A DNA stretch of 64,000 nt, taken from positions 103,735 through 167,734 of the forward strand of contig CAVROH010000012.1 of NCBI GenBank assembly GCA_963722735.1, written 5' to 3'. Shown here piece after piece: positions 18,679 through 27,875 of this stretch. This stretch comes from an uncultured Chloroflexia bacterium (GTDB taxonomy: Bacteria > Chloroflexota > Anaerolineae > Anaerolineales > UBA11579). The notes beneath the pieces were generated by a model. It was not told the origin of the DNA. It saw only the letters and a program-made list of their open reading frames with translations, and did no database searches. Numbering within the stretch: position 1 is the stretch's first letter; every line of letters starts with the position of its first letter. Both the position numbers and the translations under genes were made by a program.

Positions 18679-20496
18679 TTACAGATCAGAAGCCCGCGAG
18701 CTATCCTTCTCGGAGAGCAAGGCCATAAAGTCAGCGAAGGCCATGTCGTTGATCTGGGAGCCATCGCGCTTGCGCAGCGAAACTGTGTTGCTCTCGATCT
18801 CCTGATCGCCGATCACCAACATATAAGGCACCTGGAACTTCTGGGCCTCGCGGATCTTGGCGTTCATCCGGTTGGCGCTCAGGTCAGCCTCGGAGCGGAA
18901 GCCCTTGGCAAACAGCTCCTTGGCCAGCTTTTTGGCGTGCTCGTTGTGGTTGTCCGTGATCGGGATGATGCGTACCTGCTCCGGGGAGAGCCACACCGGG
19001 AACTTGCCGGCGTAATGCTCGATCAGGAAACCGATCATGCGCTCGTGCGTGCTCAGGGGTGCCCGGTGGATGCACAGCGGGGTTTCTTCCTCGCCCTTCT
19101 CATTGATGAAGGTCAGGTCAAAGCGCTCGGGGACGGCGAAGTCCACCTGGTTGGTAGCCAGGGAGAACTCGCGCCCGATGGCGGACCAGATCTGCACATC
19201 GATCTTGGGGCCGTAGAAGGCGGCCTCGTCGACCGCTTCCACATACGGCACACCGCCATTGTCCATCGCTCTGCGGACCATCTCTTCTGTCTTGAGCCAC
19301 AGCTTACCATTATCCACATACTTCTTGCCGAGACCATCCGGGTGGTGCAGGGAGAAGCGCATGACATACTTGTCGATATTGAAGATCTCGAAGTATTCAC
19401 GGTAGATTTCGATCACATCCATGAATTCCTGCTCAAAATCATCCTCAGAGCAATAGATATGGGCATCGTTCATCTGCATCGAACGCACGCGCATCAGGCC
19501 AAACAGTTCACCGCTTTTCTCGTAGCGGTAGCAGGTGCCATACTCGCCCAGGCGGATCGGCAGGTCGCGGTAGCTGCGCATTTGGCTGCCAAAGATCTTG
19601 TGGTGGAAGGGGCAGTTCATCGGCTTGACGAAGTATCGCGTCCCATCCATCTCCATGGGCGGGTACATGCTCTCTTCGTAGTAGGGCAGGTGCCCGCTGC
19701 GGATGAAGAGGTCTTCCTTGGTGACGTGGGGTGTACGCACGGCTTTGTAGCCGTGGGCGCGCTCGACTTCGGCAGCCAGCTTCTCAAGCTGCTCGATGAT
19801 GACTGTGCCGCGCGGCGTCCACAGGGGCAGGCCGGGGCCGACTTCGTCGTCAAAGGTAAAGAGGTCCAGTTCCTTGCCCAGCTTGCGGTGATCGCGCTTT
19901 TTAGCTTCCTCCAACTGCCAGATGTAATCCTTGAGTTCGTCCTTGTTCTTCCAGGCCGTGCCGTAGATGCGCTGCAGTTGGGCCTTGTGCTCGTCGCCGC
20001 GCCAGTAAGCCCCGGCAATACTCATTAGCTTGAAGGCCGAGGGATTGATCTGCCCGGTATTCTCCACATGCGGCCCGCGGCACAGGTCTGTAAATGTGTC
20101 GTGGGTGAAGAAGGAGATCTCGGGCTTCTCATCCAGCGGCTCGCCGTATTCGTCCACTCCGCCAGCTTCCAGTCCCTCGATCAGTTCCAGTTTGTAGGGC
20201 TGGCCCTTGAACTGGGCTTTGGCTTCCTCGGCGCTGATCACCTGTTTCTTGAATTCGTGCCTGCCGCCGATGATCTGACGCATGCGCTTCTCAATCGCTT
20301 TGAGATCGTCCGGAGTCAGGTTGCGGGGGAGGTCAAAGTCGTAGTAGAAGCCGTCGGCAATCGGCGGCCCGATGGCAACTTTGGCCTCGCCGGGCTCAAA
20401 TAGCTCGGTGACTGCCTGGGCCATGATGTGGGCGGCCGAGTGGCGGATCTTGTACAATTCGGATTGTTCGTAGGGTACTTGTTTTTCTTCACTCAT
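18679..20496 (-). CDS. thrS: threonine--tRNA ligase (short form without an N-terminal TGS domain)
   Basis: 605-aa ORF. It begins at the editing-domain motif IRHSAAHIMAQAV and carries class-II core motifs (FRYE-type CYRYEKSGE, GREFSLATNQ). AAGGA RBS. Confidence 0.95.
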   Translation of the reverse strand: MSEEKQVPYEQSELYKIRHSAAHIMAQAVTELFEPGEAKVAIGPPIADGFYYDFDLPRNLTPDDLKAIEKRMRQIIGGRHEFKKQVISAEEAKAQFKGQPYKLELIEGLEAGGVDEYGEPLDEKPEISFFTHDTFTDLCRGPHVENTGQINPSAFKLMSIAGAYWRGDEHKAQLQRIYGTAWKNKDELKDYIWQLEEAKKRDHRKLGKELDLFTFDDEVGPGLPLWTPRGTVIIEQLEKLAAEVERAHGYKAVRTPHVTKEDLFIRSGHLPYYEESMYPPMEMDGTRYFVKPMNCPFHHKIFGSQMRSYRDLPIRLGEYGTCYRYEKSGELFGLMRVRSMQMNDAHIYCSEDDFEQEFMDVIEIYREYFEIFNIDKYVMRFSLHHPDGLGKKYVDNGKLWLKTEEMVRRAMDNGGVPYVEAVDEAAFYGPKIDVQIWSAIGREFSLATNQVDFAVPERFDLTFINEKGEEETPLCIHRAPLSTHERMIGFLIEHYAGKFPVWLSPEQVRIIPITDNHNEHAKKLAKELFAKGFRSEADLSANRMNAKIREAQKFQVPYMLVIGDQEIESNTVSLRKRDGSQINDMAFADFMALLSEKDSSRASDL

Positions 20497-20510
20497 GGTT
20501 TAGTCCTTAG

Positions 20511-20552
20511 TAGTCAGTAGTCAGTAGTCAGTAGTTGGTAGGCAGTGGGCAG
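20511..20552. repeat. heptanucleotide tandem repeat in the thrS 5' UTR
   Basis: TAGTCAG x3 perfect (20511-20531), then TAGTTGG, TAGGCAG, TGGGCAG. On the mRNA strand this reads (CUGACUA)n. Confidence 0.85.
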
Positions 20553-20602
20553 CAGCGAAAAATGGTTTTCCTAATCACTAGTTGCCTGATCACGAATCAC
20601 TT

Positions 20603-20858
20603 AAACAAGAAAGCTCCTGCCATCAGGGCATGAGCTTGCTCACACGGTTCCACCTGAAGTTGACTGCGCTTTTCAGCCATCTCAACTCTGGCCTGTAACG
20701 GGGCCTGCCGTTCTTCTTACTGCGGCTTTCGCCGGTTCAGATTTCCACTCACGAGGGGTTTTCGCCGGGGGCTTGCTGAGATGGCTTTCAGCCAGTGTCC
20801 ATCTCTCTCTGCGGTCTGCCTGTCCGGGTAGTCGTCTCGGTCAGCGTGTTTTGGGTAT
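20603..20858 (-). promoter_or_regulatory. T-box leader (tRNA-sensing riboswitch) controlling thrS
   Basis: The minus-strand RNA has an AGAGAGAG box (rc of 20803-20810) and an F-box-like CGUUAC (rc of 20695-20700). The T-box core GGUGGAACCGUG is the rc of 20643-20654. A terminator AAGCUCAUGCC...GGCAGGAGCUU plus UCUUGUUU follows (20603-20640). Candidate Thr specifier codons are ACC (rc 20757-20759) or ACG (rc 20709-20711). Confidence 0.7.
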
Positions 20859-20864
20859 GAGCTT

Positions 20865-20892
20865 ATTATAAGAGGGATGGGGGCGGTGTCAA
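20865..20892 (-). promoter_or_regulatory. consensus sigma-70 promoter of the thrS leader
   Basis: On the minus strand: TTGACA (20892-20887), a 16-nt spacer and TATAAT (20870-20865). Confidence 0.6.
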
Positions 20893-21036
20893 GTGCGGAT
20901 GATCGACCAACATCCGGCACCCCCCTCACCCCGCCAATGGCAAAACCATTGTCTGCCCTCTCCCGCGGAGGGGCGATCGCCCAGTCGTCTGGCCGTAAAT
21001 GAGCCGGGTGAGGGGTTCACGGTTTATAATACCCCC

Positions 21037-21699
21037 ATGTCTTCCACTCACCTCCCCCGCTCCTTCTTCAACCGCCCGACGCTGACCGTGGCGCGGGAAC
21101 TGCTGGGTACCCGCCTGGTGCATGTGGCGGACGGCGCCCGTATCTCTGGCTGGATCTGTGAGACGGAGGCCTACTGCGGCGAGACCGACCTGGCCTGCCA
21201 CGCCAAAGCCGGCCGCACACCGCGCACCGAGGTGATGTACGGCCCGCCCGGGGTTGCTTATGTCTATTTCACCTACGGGATGCACTGGCTGTTCAACACG
21301 GTCACCATGCCTGCCGGGCAGCCGGAGGCAGTGCTGGTGCGGGCGATCGTCCCCGTAGAGGGGATTGAAATCATCGCCGAGCGGCGCGGCAGCCAGCCGC
21401 GCGAGCGCTGGACCGATGGGCCGGGTAAGCTCACCCAGGCGTTGGGGATCGATGGCGGCCACAATAAGCTGGACTTGTGCGCCCCTGATGCGGCCATCTT
21501 CATCGAGAAAGGGATCGAGGTTCCGGATGAGTGGGTCACCATCGGGCCGCGGGTGGGGATGGGGACCGTGCCGGAGCCGTGGTTCAGCATGCCCTGGCGC
21601 TTCCTGATCGAGAAGGCGGGGGAGAAGTTTGCCGCTGAATTCACTCTGAGCTGCGGTAAAATAGAAACATGTTCAGAAAAAGAGATGATGCCGACCTGA
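21037..21699 (+). CDS. mpg: DNA-3-methyladenine glycosylase (Mpg/AAG family)
   Basis: Start at the internal ATG 21037 (MSSTHLPRSFFNRPTLTVARELLG...). ETEAY, YFTYGMHWLFN and GPGKLTQALGI motifs. TATAAT (21025-21030) sits 6 nt upstream. Confidence 0.85.
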   Translation: MSSTHLPRSFFNRPTLTVARELLGTRLVHVADGARISGWICETEAYCGETDLACHAKAGRTPRTEVMYGPPGVAYVYFTYGMHWLFNTVTMPAGQPEAVLVRAIVPVEGIEIIAERRGSQPRERWTDGPGKLTQALGIDGGHNKLDLCAPDAAIFIEKGIEVPDEWVTIGPRVGMGTVPEPWFSMPWRFLIEKAGEKFAAEFTLSCGKIETCSEKEMMPT

Positions 21700-22133
21700 C
21701 CCCTGAAGCCGTCCCGACGCAGCCCGAGCGGATCACTTCCGTGCTGGGGGAAGGCACGCACTATAAAGGAAAGCTGACCGGTGAAGGCGGCGTGCGCATC
21801 GAGGGCAATTTTGACGGCGAGATTCGGCTGGACGGCTTGCTGGTGGTGGGCACTACCGGCCGGGTGACCTGTGAGGACCTGCGTGCCAAATCCGTGATCG
21901 TGGCCGGGACGGTGCGGGGGGATATCACCGCCAATAAGGTTGAGATCCGGGCCAGCGGCCGGGTGTGGGGTAATGTCACTTCGGTGACCTTTGCCACTGA
22001 GGAAGGCGCTTTCCTTCGCGGCCAGATCCAGATGGAAGACAGCGTCGATCTGGGGCTGGCCAAGCCGGAAGCCGTGGTTGACGAGGTGCCCGTCTCCGAA
22101 GAGACGGAGGCGCCGAAGGATGATAAATCCTGA
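21669..22133 (+). CDS. bactofilin-family cytoskeletal protein
   Basis: Repetitive beta-helix pattern (G.V.G.I.A..V.I...G.V.G.V) with disordered acidic termini. 154 aa. Confidence 0.8.
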   Translation: MFRKRDDADLTPEAVPTQPERITSVLGEGTHYKGKLTGEGGVRIEGNFDGEIRLDGLLVVGTTGRVTCEDLRAKSVIVAGTVRGDITANKVEIRASGRVWGNVTSVTFATEEGAFLRGQIQMEDSVDLGLAKPEAVVDEVPVSEETEAPKDDKS

Positions 22134-22154
22134 AAAGGGAGCGATTAACGATCG

Positions 22155-22181
22155 AACGGGACCAACTGGTCCCGTTTTTTT
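22155..22181 (+). terminator. intrinsic terminator after the bactofilin gene
   Basis: AACGGGACC-AACT-GGTCCCGTT followed by a T-run (to 22181). Confidence 0.7.
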
Positions 22182-22183
22182 GT

Positions 22184-23109
22184 CTATACCTTGAAGCGGG
22201 GATCCCGATCGAGGGTCAATTGCAGGCCGTCTGCCAGGGTATGGCGGGGAGTAAAGGAGAGCTTGGACTTCGCCACGGAGATATCAGCACTCAGGCGCGA
22301 GACGCCGGCATCGTTGCGCGGGGTGTAAAGGATCTCGGCCTTGTTGCCGGTCAGTTCAAGGATCTGCTCGGCGACCTGGCGCACACTGGTCTCCTGGCCG
22401 GAGCCGATATTGATCACGCCCTGGTTTAGGTTAGGGGCTGTGGCAGCCGCGATCATGGCGCGCACCACATCGGAGACATACACAAAATCACGCGTCTGGC
22501 GGCCGTCTCCGTGGACCACCAGGGTGCCGCCGCGGACTGCCTGCCGCAAAAAGTTGGGGATCAGTGGGGCGTGCGCCGGTGGGATCATCTGGCCGGGGCC
22601 GTAGGCGTTGAAGACCCGCAGGATGACAGTCTCGATCCCCCACAAGGCGCCAATCGTGTGCACGTAGTATTCGGCAGCCAGTTTGGAGACCGCGTAGGGA
22701 GAATGCGGCTGGGGGTGCATCTGCTCGTTCACCGGTTGCTCCTGCTGGTCTCCGTAGACTGCCCCGGAGGAGATGAAGACCACCCGCCCAACCCCGACAT
22801 CGCGCATCGCTTCCATCAGGCTGACCGTGCCGCCGACGTTGACGGCGTTGTATTCGCGCGGGTAGAGCATGACTCAGCGACCAACACACGCGCCGCCAGA
22901 TGATAAACGCAGTCCACATCTTGGAGCAGGGTCCACAGTTTGGGGCGGTCGCTGACATCGCCGCGGGTGAAGTGCACGTCTTCCACCAGGGCTTGCGGGT
23001 CGCCGGTGGAGAGGTCGTCGAGGCCGCGCACCTGGTGTCCTTCTCTGGCAAGCTGGTTGGCCAGAGCTGATCCGAGAAATCCTGCTGCGCCGGTGATCAA
23101 AAAGTTCAT
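22184..23109 (-). CDS. NAD-dependent sugar epimerase/dehydratase (GalE-like SDR), frame-interrupted near 22865-22880
   Basis: ORF 22816..23109 (ITGAAGFLGSALANQL...VYHLAA) and ORF 22184..22870 (SSGAVYG...SPYAVSKLAAE...) join into one extended SDR. Confidence 0.75.
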
Positions 23110-23171
23110 AGTTGGTTGCTCTCTTGTTGGGAATCAGCGCGATTATAGCATGACATTCAGCTTTGTTGAGT

Positions 23172-24938
23172 TTACGGTGCGGACTCCGCTTTAGAGGGCA
23201 GCCTTGTGCCAAGGAAATCCCACTCTGCCGCACTAAGATCACTCATTGCATATAGTTGGGCGTACGAAACCCCGTTGATCGTCACGACTAGCTCTGGTTC
23301 ATGATGGGAAAGCACTTCCAGCACCGGCGGAAGGTAGTTTGTCTGCTTCTCACTGACATAGATCACAATATAGTCTGGTTCTTCCAACGCTTCGTAGGTA
23401 ATCTCGGCCGGCCAAGGTTTTCCGAGTGTTTTCCCCTCGAAGAAATATGACAGCGGCCCATAGGCGTGGAGTGACATCACCGAGGTATTCTCGGCATCTG
23501 GCAGCGTATTCAGGTATGCCCCCACTTGTTCCAGTCCCTCTCCCCAGCCTAACCAGAACATTTTCTCAGCACCTTTCGTCCCGCCCAGCAACGGGTTGTA
23601 ATAGGCATAGTAATACGGGTATGTGGAAACGGTCTGCGTGATCTGCACAGCGAGTACCACCACCAGTACCGCTGCAAGCGTGTGGTTTCGCGCTTTTTGC
23701 CACCAGCCAGCCTTGAAACTCATTTCAGATAATCGTTGCCCGGTTGCAATCCAGCCCAGTGCACTGACCAGCGATAAAAACAGATGGGTCGGGATGATAT
23801 AACGGTCCATTTTCATGGCGCCAAGACCCATCTCAATGGTGAAGAAGAATGCTGCCAGTGCCATTCCGGTGGATAACTGCCGCACTTTCTGCTCTTTGAA
23901 CAACCCCCATTGTCGTATCCAAGCGAGGGCGGCTGCTGCCAGCCCCACCAGTGTCAACGGCGTACTGCGCCAGGCTAATGCGTAGGGATAAAAATACCAT
24001 GGGAAGTTTTGCCCCTGGGTTGTTACCCCATTAAAGAATAATCGGAACCCGATTCCAGCGGTCGCCCGAGAGGAGGATTTCGACAGGATTTTAGTGAATA
24101 TGCCGATAGGTTCTACCCACAGGGCGGGCCAGAAGGCCACCATTACGATGAGCGCGACCAGCAGCCATAAAGCCAGGGGGATTGCCAGCTTGTGCAGGAT
24201 TGCGCGGAGCGAGAAATCCTGTTTCGCAGCCAAATCGATCAGGAGCATCAACCCGGCAAATAGGAACAGGAATACAGCTGGCGCCTTAGTCAGAATTCCC
24301 AATCCACCCATGACCCCGGAAAGAAGCAGGAGAGCTTTCCGCCATAAGCCTGGAAGCTTCTCATCCGGTGCATACATGTAAGCAAGAAGTGCCAGTATTG
24401 AAGAGAACATATAGCTGGCCATCAAACCGTCCATTTGCAGGATGTAAGTCAGGCTAATGAAAAATGGTTCCAGACTGATCAGGGCAAAGACTGGAGCGGC
24501 TATTTTCATGGGCAGTAATTTGCGTGCGATCCAGTAAGACAGCATGAATAAAAACGCATTCTGGGCGATCATGAACTTTCGTCCTGCCACTACTAGGTCC
24601 AGCGGGTTAACGCCTTGCTGCTCTAAAAAGCTGCCAAGTTTCAGGCCGTCTCCAAGGTATCCCTGCCCAAGTCCTCTGAACTCCGGAAACTCGGTCAGGA
24701 AGCCCAGTGTTCCAGCCCACATCATCGGTACCCCAGGATGGAAACGCTGGAATGTGTTTTCAAATTCCCGCTGGCCAAGTGCATAATAGAATTGAGAGGA
24801 GTGGAACATCCACAGTCCCTCGTCGATTGTGATGAAGCGGTCAAGGTCTATCGCCCGCGGCACGATGAATATGGCTAGGATCAGTGCAAATATCAGCGCT
24901 TCACGCCAGAAATTCTTTTGGGTTTTGTGCTTTTCCAT
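23172..24938 (-). CDS. GT-C fold glycosyltransferase, ArnT/PMT (GT39/GT83)-like
   Basis: 588-aa polytopic protein with an N-terminal loop ...RFITIDEGLW... typical of PMT_2/ArnT-like enzymes. Visibly lower GC than its neighbours. Confidence 0.65.
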   Translation of the reverse strand: MEKHKTQKNFWREALIFALILAIFIVPRAIDLDRFITIDEGLWMFHSSQFYYALGQREFENTFQRFHPGVPMMWAGTLGFLTEFPEFRGLGQGYLGDGLKLGSFLEQQGVNPLDLVVAGRKFMIAQNAFLFMLSYWIARKLLPMKIAAPVFALISLEPFFISLTYILQMDGLMASYMFSSILALLAYMYAPDEKLPGLWRKALLLLSGVMGGLGILTKAPAVFLFLFAGLMLLIDLAAKQDFSLRAILHKLAIPLALWLLVALIVMVAFWPALWVEPIGIFTKILSKSSSRATAGIGFRLFFNGVTTQGQNFPWYFYPYALAWRSTPLTLVGLAAAALAWIRQWGLFKEQKVRQLSTGMALAAFFFTIEMGLGAMKMDRYIIPTHLFLSLVSALGWIATGQRLSEMSFKAGWWQKARNHTLAAVLVVVLAVQITQTVSTYPYYYAYYNPLLGGTKGAEKMFWLGWGEGLEQVGAYLNTLPDAENTSVMSLHAYGPLSYFFEGKTLGKPWPAEITYEALEEPDYIVIYVSEKQTNYLPPVLEVLSHHEPELVVTINGVSYAQLYAMSDLSAAEWDFLGTRLPSKAESAP

Positions 24939-24950
24939 GGCCAGATTATA

Positions 24951-25090
24951 TCAGTGTGTCCCTGATACCAGGCGGCCTAATTGTTCCTCGAACTGATCGA
25001 TATTGATCGTGTAGCGCCAATGCGTACCATTCCCGATCAGGGTATCGCCGTACCAGGTATCTACTTTGAAGGAAATTTGTATATTGCCAG
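24951..25090 (-). pseudogene. remnant copy of the 3' end of the hotdog thioesterase gene (26270..26653)
   Basis: 24990-25070 aligns to 26294-26374 at about 85% identity (hand alignment). It translates to KVDTWYGDTLIGNGTHWRYTINIDQFEEQL, versus KVDAWHGDTLIGTGTHWRYTINIEQFKEQL in the intact gene. Confidence 0.65.
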
Positions 25091-25091
25091 G

Positions 25092-26164
25092 TCACTCGCC
25101 AGCCGCCCCTGAATTCGGATCGCCCATCAGACTCGATACATCGACTGCCTCGAAAGCCGAACCGGGCACCGACTTCAACTCGCCCAGAATGTCATTGTCC
25201 CAACACGCGCGTCCGGCACCCCGCTGATGAACCACGCCCCGCCGTTATCTGCCAGGATCAGGCCGTAATCCTTCATCGCTTGCAGGATGATCTGCACCTC
25301 CGGTGAGAAGCCGCTGATGTCGTAATCCGCTGTCAATCGGAAGCGTATTCCCATTGGGGGGTATTGGGCGCCTGTCCGCTCAGAGGCATAGTGCCGCGCC
25401 GGCCAGATATAGGCTTGCTGGGTCTCCTCGGCTGTAAACCGGATGGCATGTGTGATCACGCCGTTCTCGATCTCTTCGTAGCGGATCAACCCCGGCAAAA
25501 CTGGCAGCCCGGCTGCATCGCTGGAGGTCCAACTATCCGGACGCAGCTCATTGCTGGTCAGGTCGAAGACCGCCCCGGAGCCGCCCCACCAGCCGCCTTC
25601 GCCATCCGGCCAGGCATACCAGATCTCGTACAGTATGCAATCGGCGGCGTCCAATACCAGGATATGCCTGTCACCGTCCGCGTCTGGCCCGCCTTCGATC
25701 AGCGGATCTTCCGGGATGGGGTAAGGCCCGGGATCGCTTTCGTCTTCGTAATCAAAGGCCACCGGTGACCAGTTGTGGTTTTCAGTCACCACGTTGTAAG
25801 GGATCCCGATCGGTTCGCCCTCCCAGGTGCCGGAGCCGAAGTCCGGGTGCAGGGTCTCATTGGCGCCAATTGTTCTGATATAGGCATCGCTTTGCGGGTG
25901 GATTGGCAGATCATCTACGCGCACATTCCAGATGTTGTTCGCCGGGAAAATAGGACAGCCGGCGATGCTTGTGCTGTCTGAGTTGAAAGTTGGCTGCGAT
26001 TGGCTGCTGTCCTCCGGCAGAGCATTGTCCGATCCGACCTCCTCTGGCATGGCGTCCACGATCCGGGTGACCTCCACAATTCGGGTGACTTCTACCTCAG
26101 TGATTGGCCGGGTGCATCCTGCCAGCAGGAAAACCCCTAATATCCAGACAGATTTGATTTTCAT
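25092..26164 (-). CDS. secreted lipoprotein of unknown function, frame-interrupted near 25199-25206
   Basis: Lipobox LLAGC. ORF 25175..26164 ends ...GVPDARVGTMTFWAS*. A one-base correction gives ...DARVWDNDILGELKSVPGSAFEAVDVSSLMGDPNSGAAGE* ending at 25092. An internal 18-nt tandem duplication (26058-26093) encodes EVTRIV x2. Confidence 0.6.
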
Positions 26165-26269
26165 AACTCTCCATTACTATTGAAGGTGTCATTGCGAAGG
26201 ATGCGGAGAAACCTTTGGTTTCCCGCTGACTGAAGCAATTTCCTTGAGTGATCAAAGACTCCGTATTGG

Positions 26270-26653
26270 TTACTCGTTGCCAAGTTGCTCTTTGAACTGC
26301 TCGATATTAATCGTGTAACGCCAATGCGTACCCGTCCCGATCAGGGTATCACCATGCCAGGCGTCCACCTTGAGCGTGGTTTTGAGACCGTCAACTTCAG
26401 TGACCTCAGCGGTGACCTTGATCTCTGCGCCTAGCGGGCTGGGGGCCAGGTGGCGGATATCGACACGCGTACCGACGGTGGTGTGTTCCGCGTCGAGGTG
26501 CTCCTGAAGCAATTCCATGGATGTGATCTCCATGTAGGCGATCATGATCGGGGTCCCCAGGACCCTGACGGTGCCAGAGCCGATATGGAAGGCGGTGTGC
26601 TCTTCTTTGACGATAAAGGTTTTGGTCAGGGTCAGTCCAGTTGTGATCGTCAT
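26270..26653 (-). CDS. hotdog-fold thioesterase (FlK-like thioesterase superfamily)
   Basis: Internal ATG 26653-26651 (MTITTGLTLTKTF...) preceded by AGGAGA. The TVGT...DIRHLAPSPLG pattern is typical of this family. Confidence 0.65.
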   Translation of the reverse strand: MTITTGLTLTKTFIVKEEHTAFHIGSGTVRVLGTPIMIAYMEITSMELLQEHLDAEHTTVGTRVDIRHLAPSPLGAEIKVTAEVTEVDGLKTTLKVDAWHGDTLIGTGTHWRYTINIEQFKEQLGNE

Positions 26654-26725
26654 AGGTTCTCCTGTTTGAACTAACTGTAGTAGTGAAGATTGAAATGCAG
26701 GAACCGTATTTTTATCTTCACTTAA

Positions 26726-26754
26726 ATTCAATCCACCTAGGAGGTGGATTGAAT
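26726..26754 (-). terminator. 13-bp perfect hairpin overlapping the stop codon of the GT2 gene
   Basis: ATTCAATCCACCT-AGG-AGGTGGATTGAAT (26726-26754). On the minus strand it is followed by TTTAAGTG. Confidence 0.45.
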
Positions 26755-27770
26755 CACGCTACTGCCCACCAGTCCTGCCCCTCTGCAAGACCGAGAGCTT
26801 CCAGCCGCTGACGGATCAGTTCCCTGGCGCCGCGGGCGCCGACAGAGGCGAGCACTACCGGTCGGTTGGACTGCTCCCAGAGCGGCCCAAGCTCTTCGGC
26901 GGAAAGGATCGGCAGGCTGCGGCGGGTGTTCCCGATCTTTTTGGGGTCTATATCGATAAAGTACTTTAGGGGAACACCGGCCCGGAGCAGGTGCTTACTT
27001 AGCCGCTTCCCGTGCATCCCGGCGCCCCAGAGAATGACCGTCTCCCTGTCAGCAAGCGGACCGGCAGCCAGGTAGTGGGCTTTGGCGCGGATAAAATTCT
27101 CTAGCGAGTAGCGGCTGTCGGTGCGGGTTAATCTTTCGGGGTGCTCGCGCCACTCCACCAGGATCTCTGGGATTTTGGCAAAGCGCCACCCGGCCTGATA
27201 GCCGCGCAGCCACAGATCGTAGTCTTCAGCCCAGCCGTTCTCCCGGTACCCGCCCAGGTCGAGGACAGTCTTCTTGCGGAATGTGACCGTGGGATGACAC
27301 AGCGGGCTTTCGACAAAGATCTCCCGGCAGATGCTCTCATGGTCGGCAACTGAGTTGAGCCACTCGATGTACAGTTTGAAGCCCTGGCGCAGGTCTCCGG
27401 TGGGAAAGCCGATCACCAGTGAGGAGACCAGGTCCACTTCCGGGTGTGTCTGCATGAATGCCGCCTGCTTTTCCAGCCGGGTGGGACGCATCAGGTCGTC
27501 GGCGTCTATGCGCGCCACCAGATCGGCCTGGCAGGCTTGCAGTCCGGCGTTCAGGGCGGGGATGATCCCGGCGTGTTCAATGAGCAGGGGTTTGAACCGG
27601 GGGTCAGCCTGAGCCCAACGGGAGAGGATCTCCGAAGTTTGGTCCTCGGAGCCGTCATCCACGGCAATCACCTCAAAATCGGCGAGTGTCTGGCTGGCGA
27701 TGGAGTGCAGTGTCTCTTCCAGCGTGGCAGCCATGTTGTAACACGGCATGAGAACAGAAATCCTGGGCAT
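26754..27770 (-). CDS. family-2 glycosyltransferase with a C-terminal Rossmann-like extension
   Basis: SVLMPCYNMAATLEETL...VIAVDDGSEDQT...RIDADD (GT-A DxD). Confidence 0.8.
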   Translation of the reverse strand: MPRISVLMPCYNMAATLEETLHSIASQTLADFEVIAVDDGSEDQTSEILSRWAQADPRFKPLLIEHAGIIPALNAGLQACQADLVARIDADDLMRPTRLEKQAAFMQTHPEVDLVSSLVIGFPTGDLRQGFKLYIEWLNSVADHESICREIFVESPLCHPTVTFRKKTVLDLGGYRENGWAEDYDLWLRGYQAGWRFAKIPEILVEWREHPERLTRTDSRYSLENFIRAKAHYLAAGPLADRETVILWGAGMHGKRLSKHLLRAGVPLKYFIDIDPKKIGNTRRSLPILSAEELGPLWEQSNRPVVLASVGARGARELIRQRLEALGLAEGQDWWAVA

Positions 27771-27875
27771 ATTCGTATTCTACATGAGGTTGAGCGTTCC
27801 GTGTGTTATAAATGGATTTGTTCTAATGGATTGGTTTTTGGGCTATAAATGCTCCCAATATGACCGGAAAGGATT

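Noticed and set aside
20511-20552. The heptamer array as a CRISPR or other spacer-repeat locus.
   Set aside because: The units are contiguous 7-mers with no spacers, the array is only 42 nt long, and no cas genes are present.
24951-26374. A mobile element responsible for the thioesterase 3'-end duplication.
   Set aside because: No transposase, integrase, terminal inverted repeats or tRNA target are visible. Only the duplication footprint can be supported.
27811-27832. Direct repeat AATGGATT x2 (27811-27818 and 27825-27832) in the GT2/MscS divergent spacer. Also small palindromes at 33459-33477 (ATTCTTGT-AGA-ACAAGAAT) and 44049-44067 (GTTCAGCC-GCA-GGCTGAAC).
   Set aside because: They are short enough to arise by chance in 64 kb, with no supporting context. 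Recorded but not called as sites.
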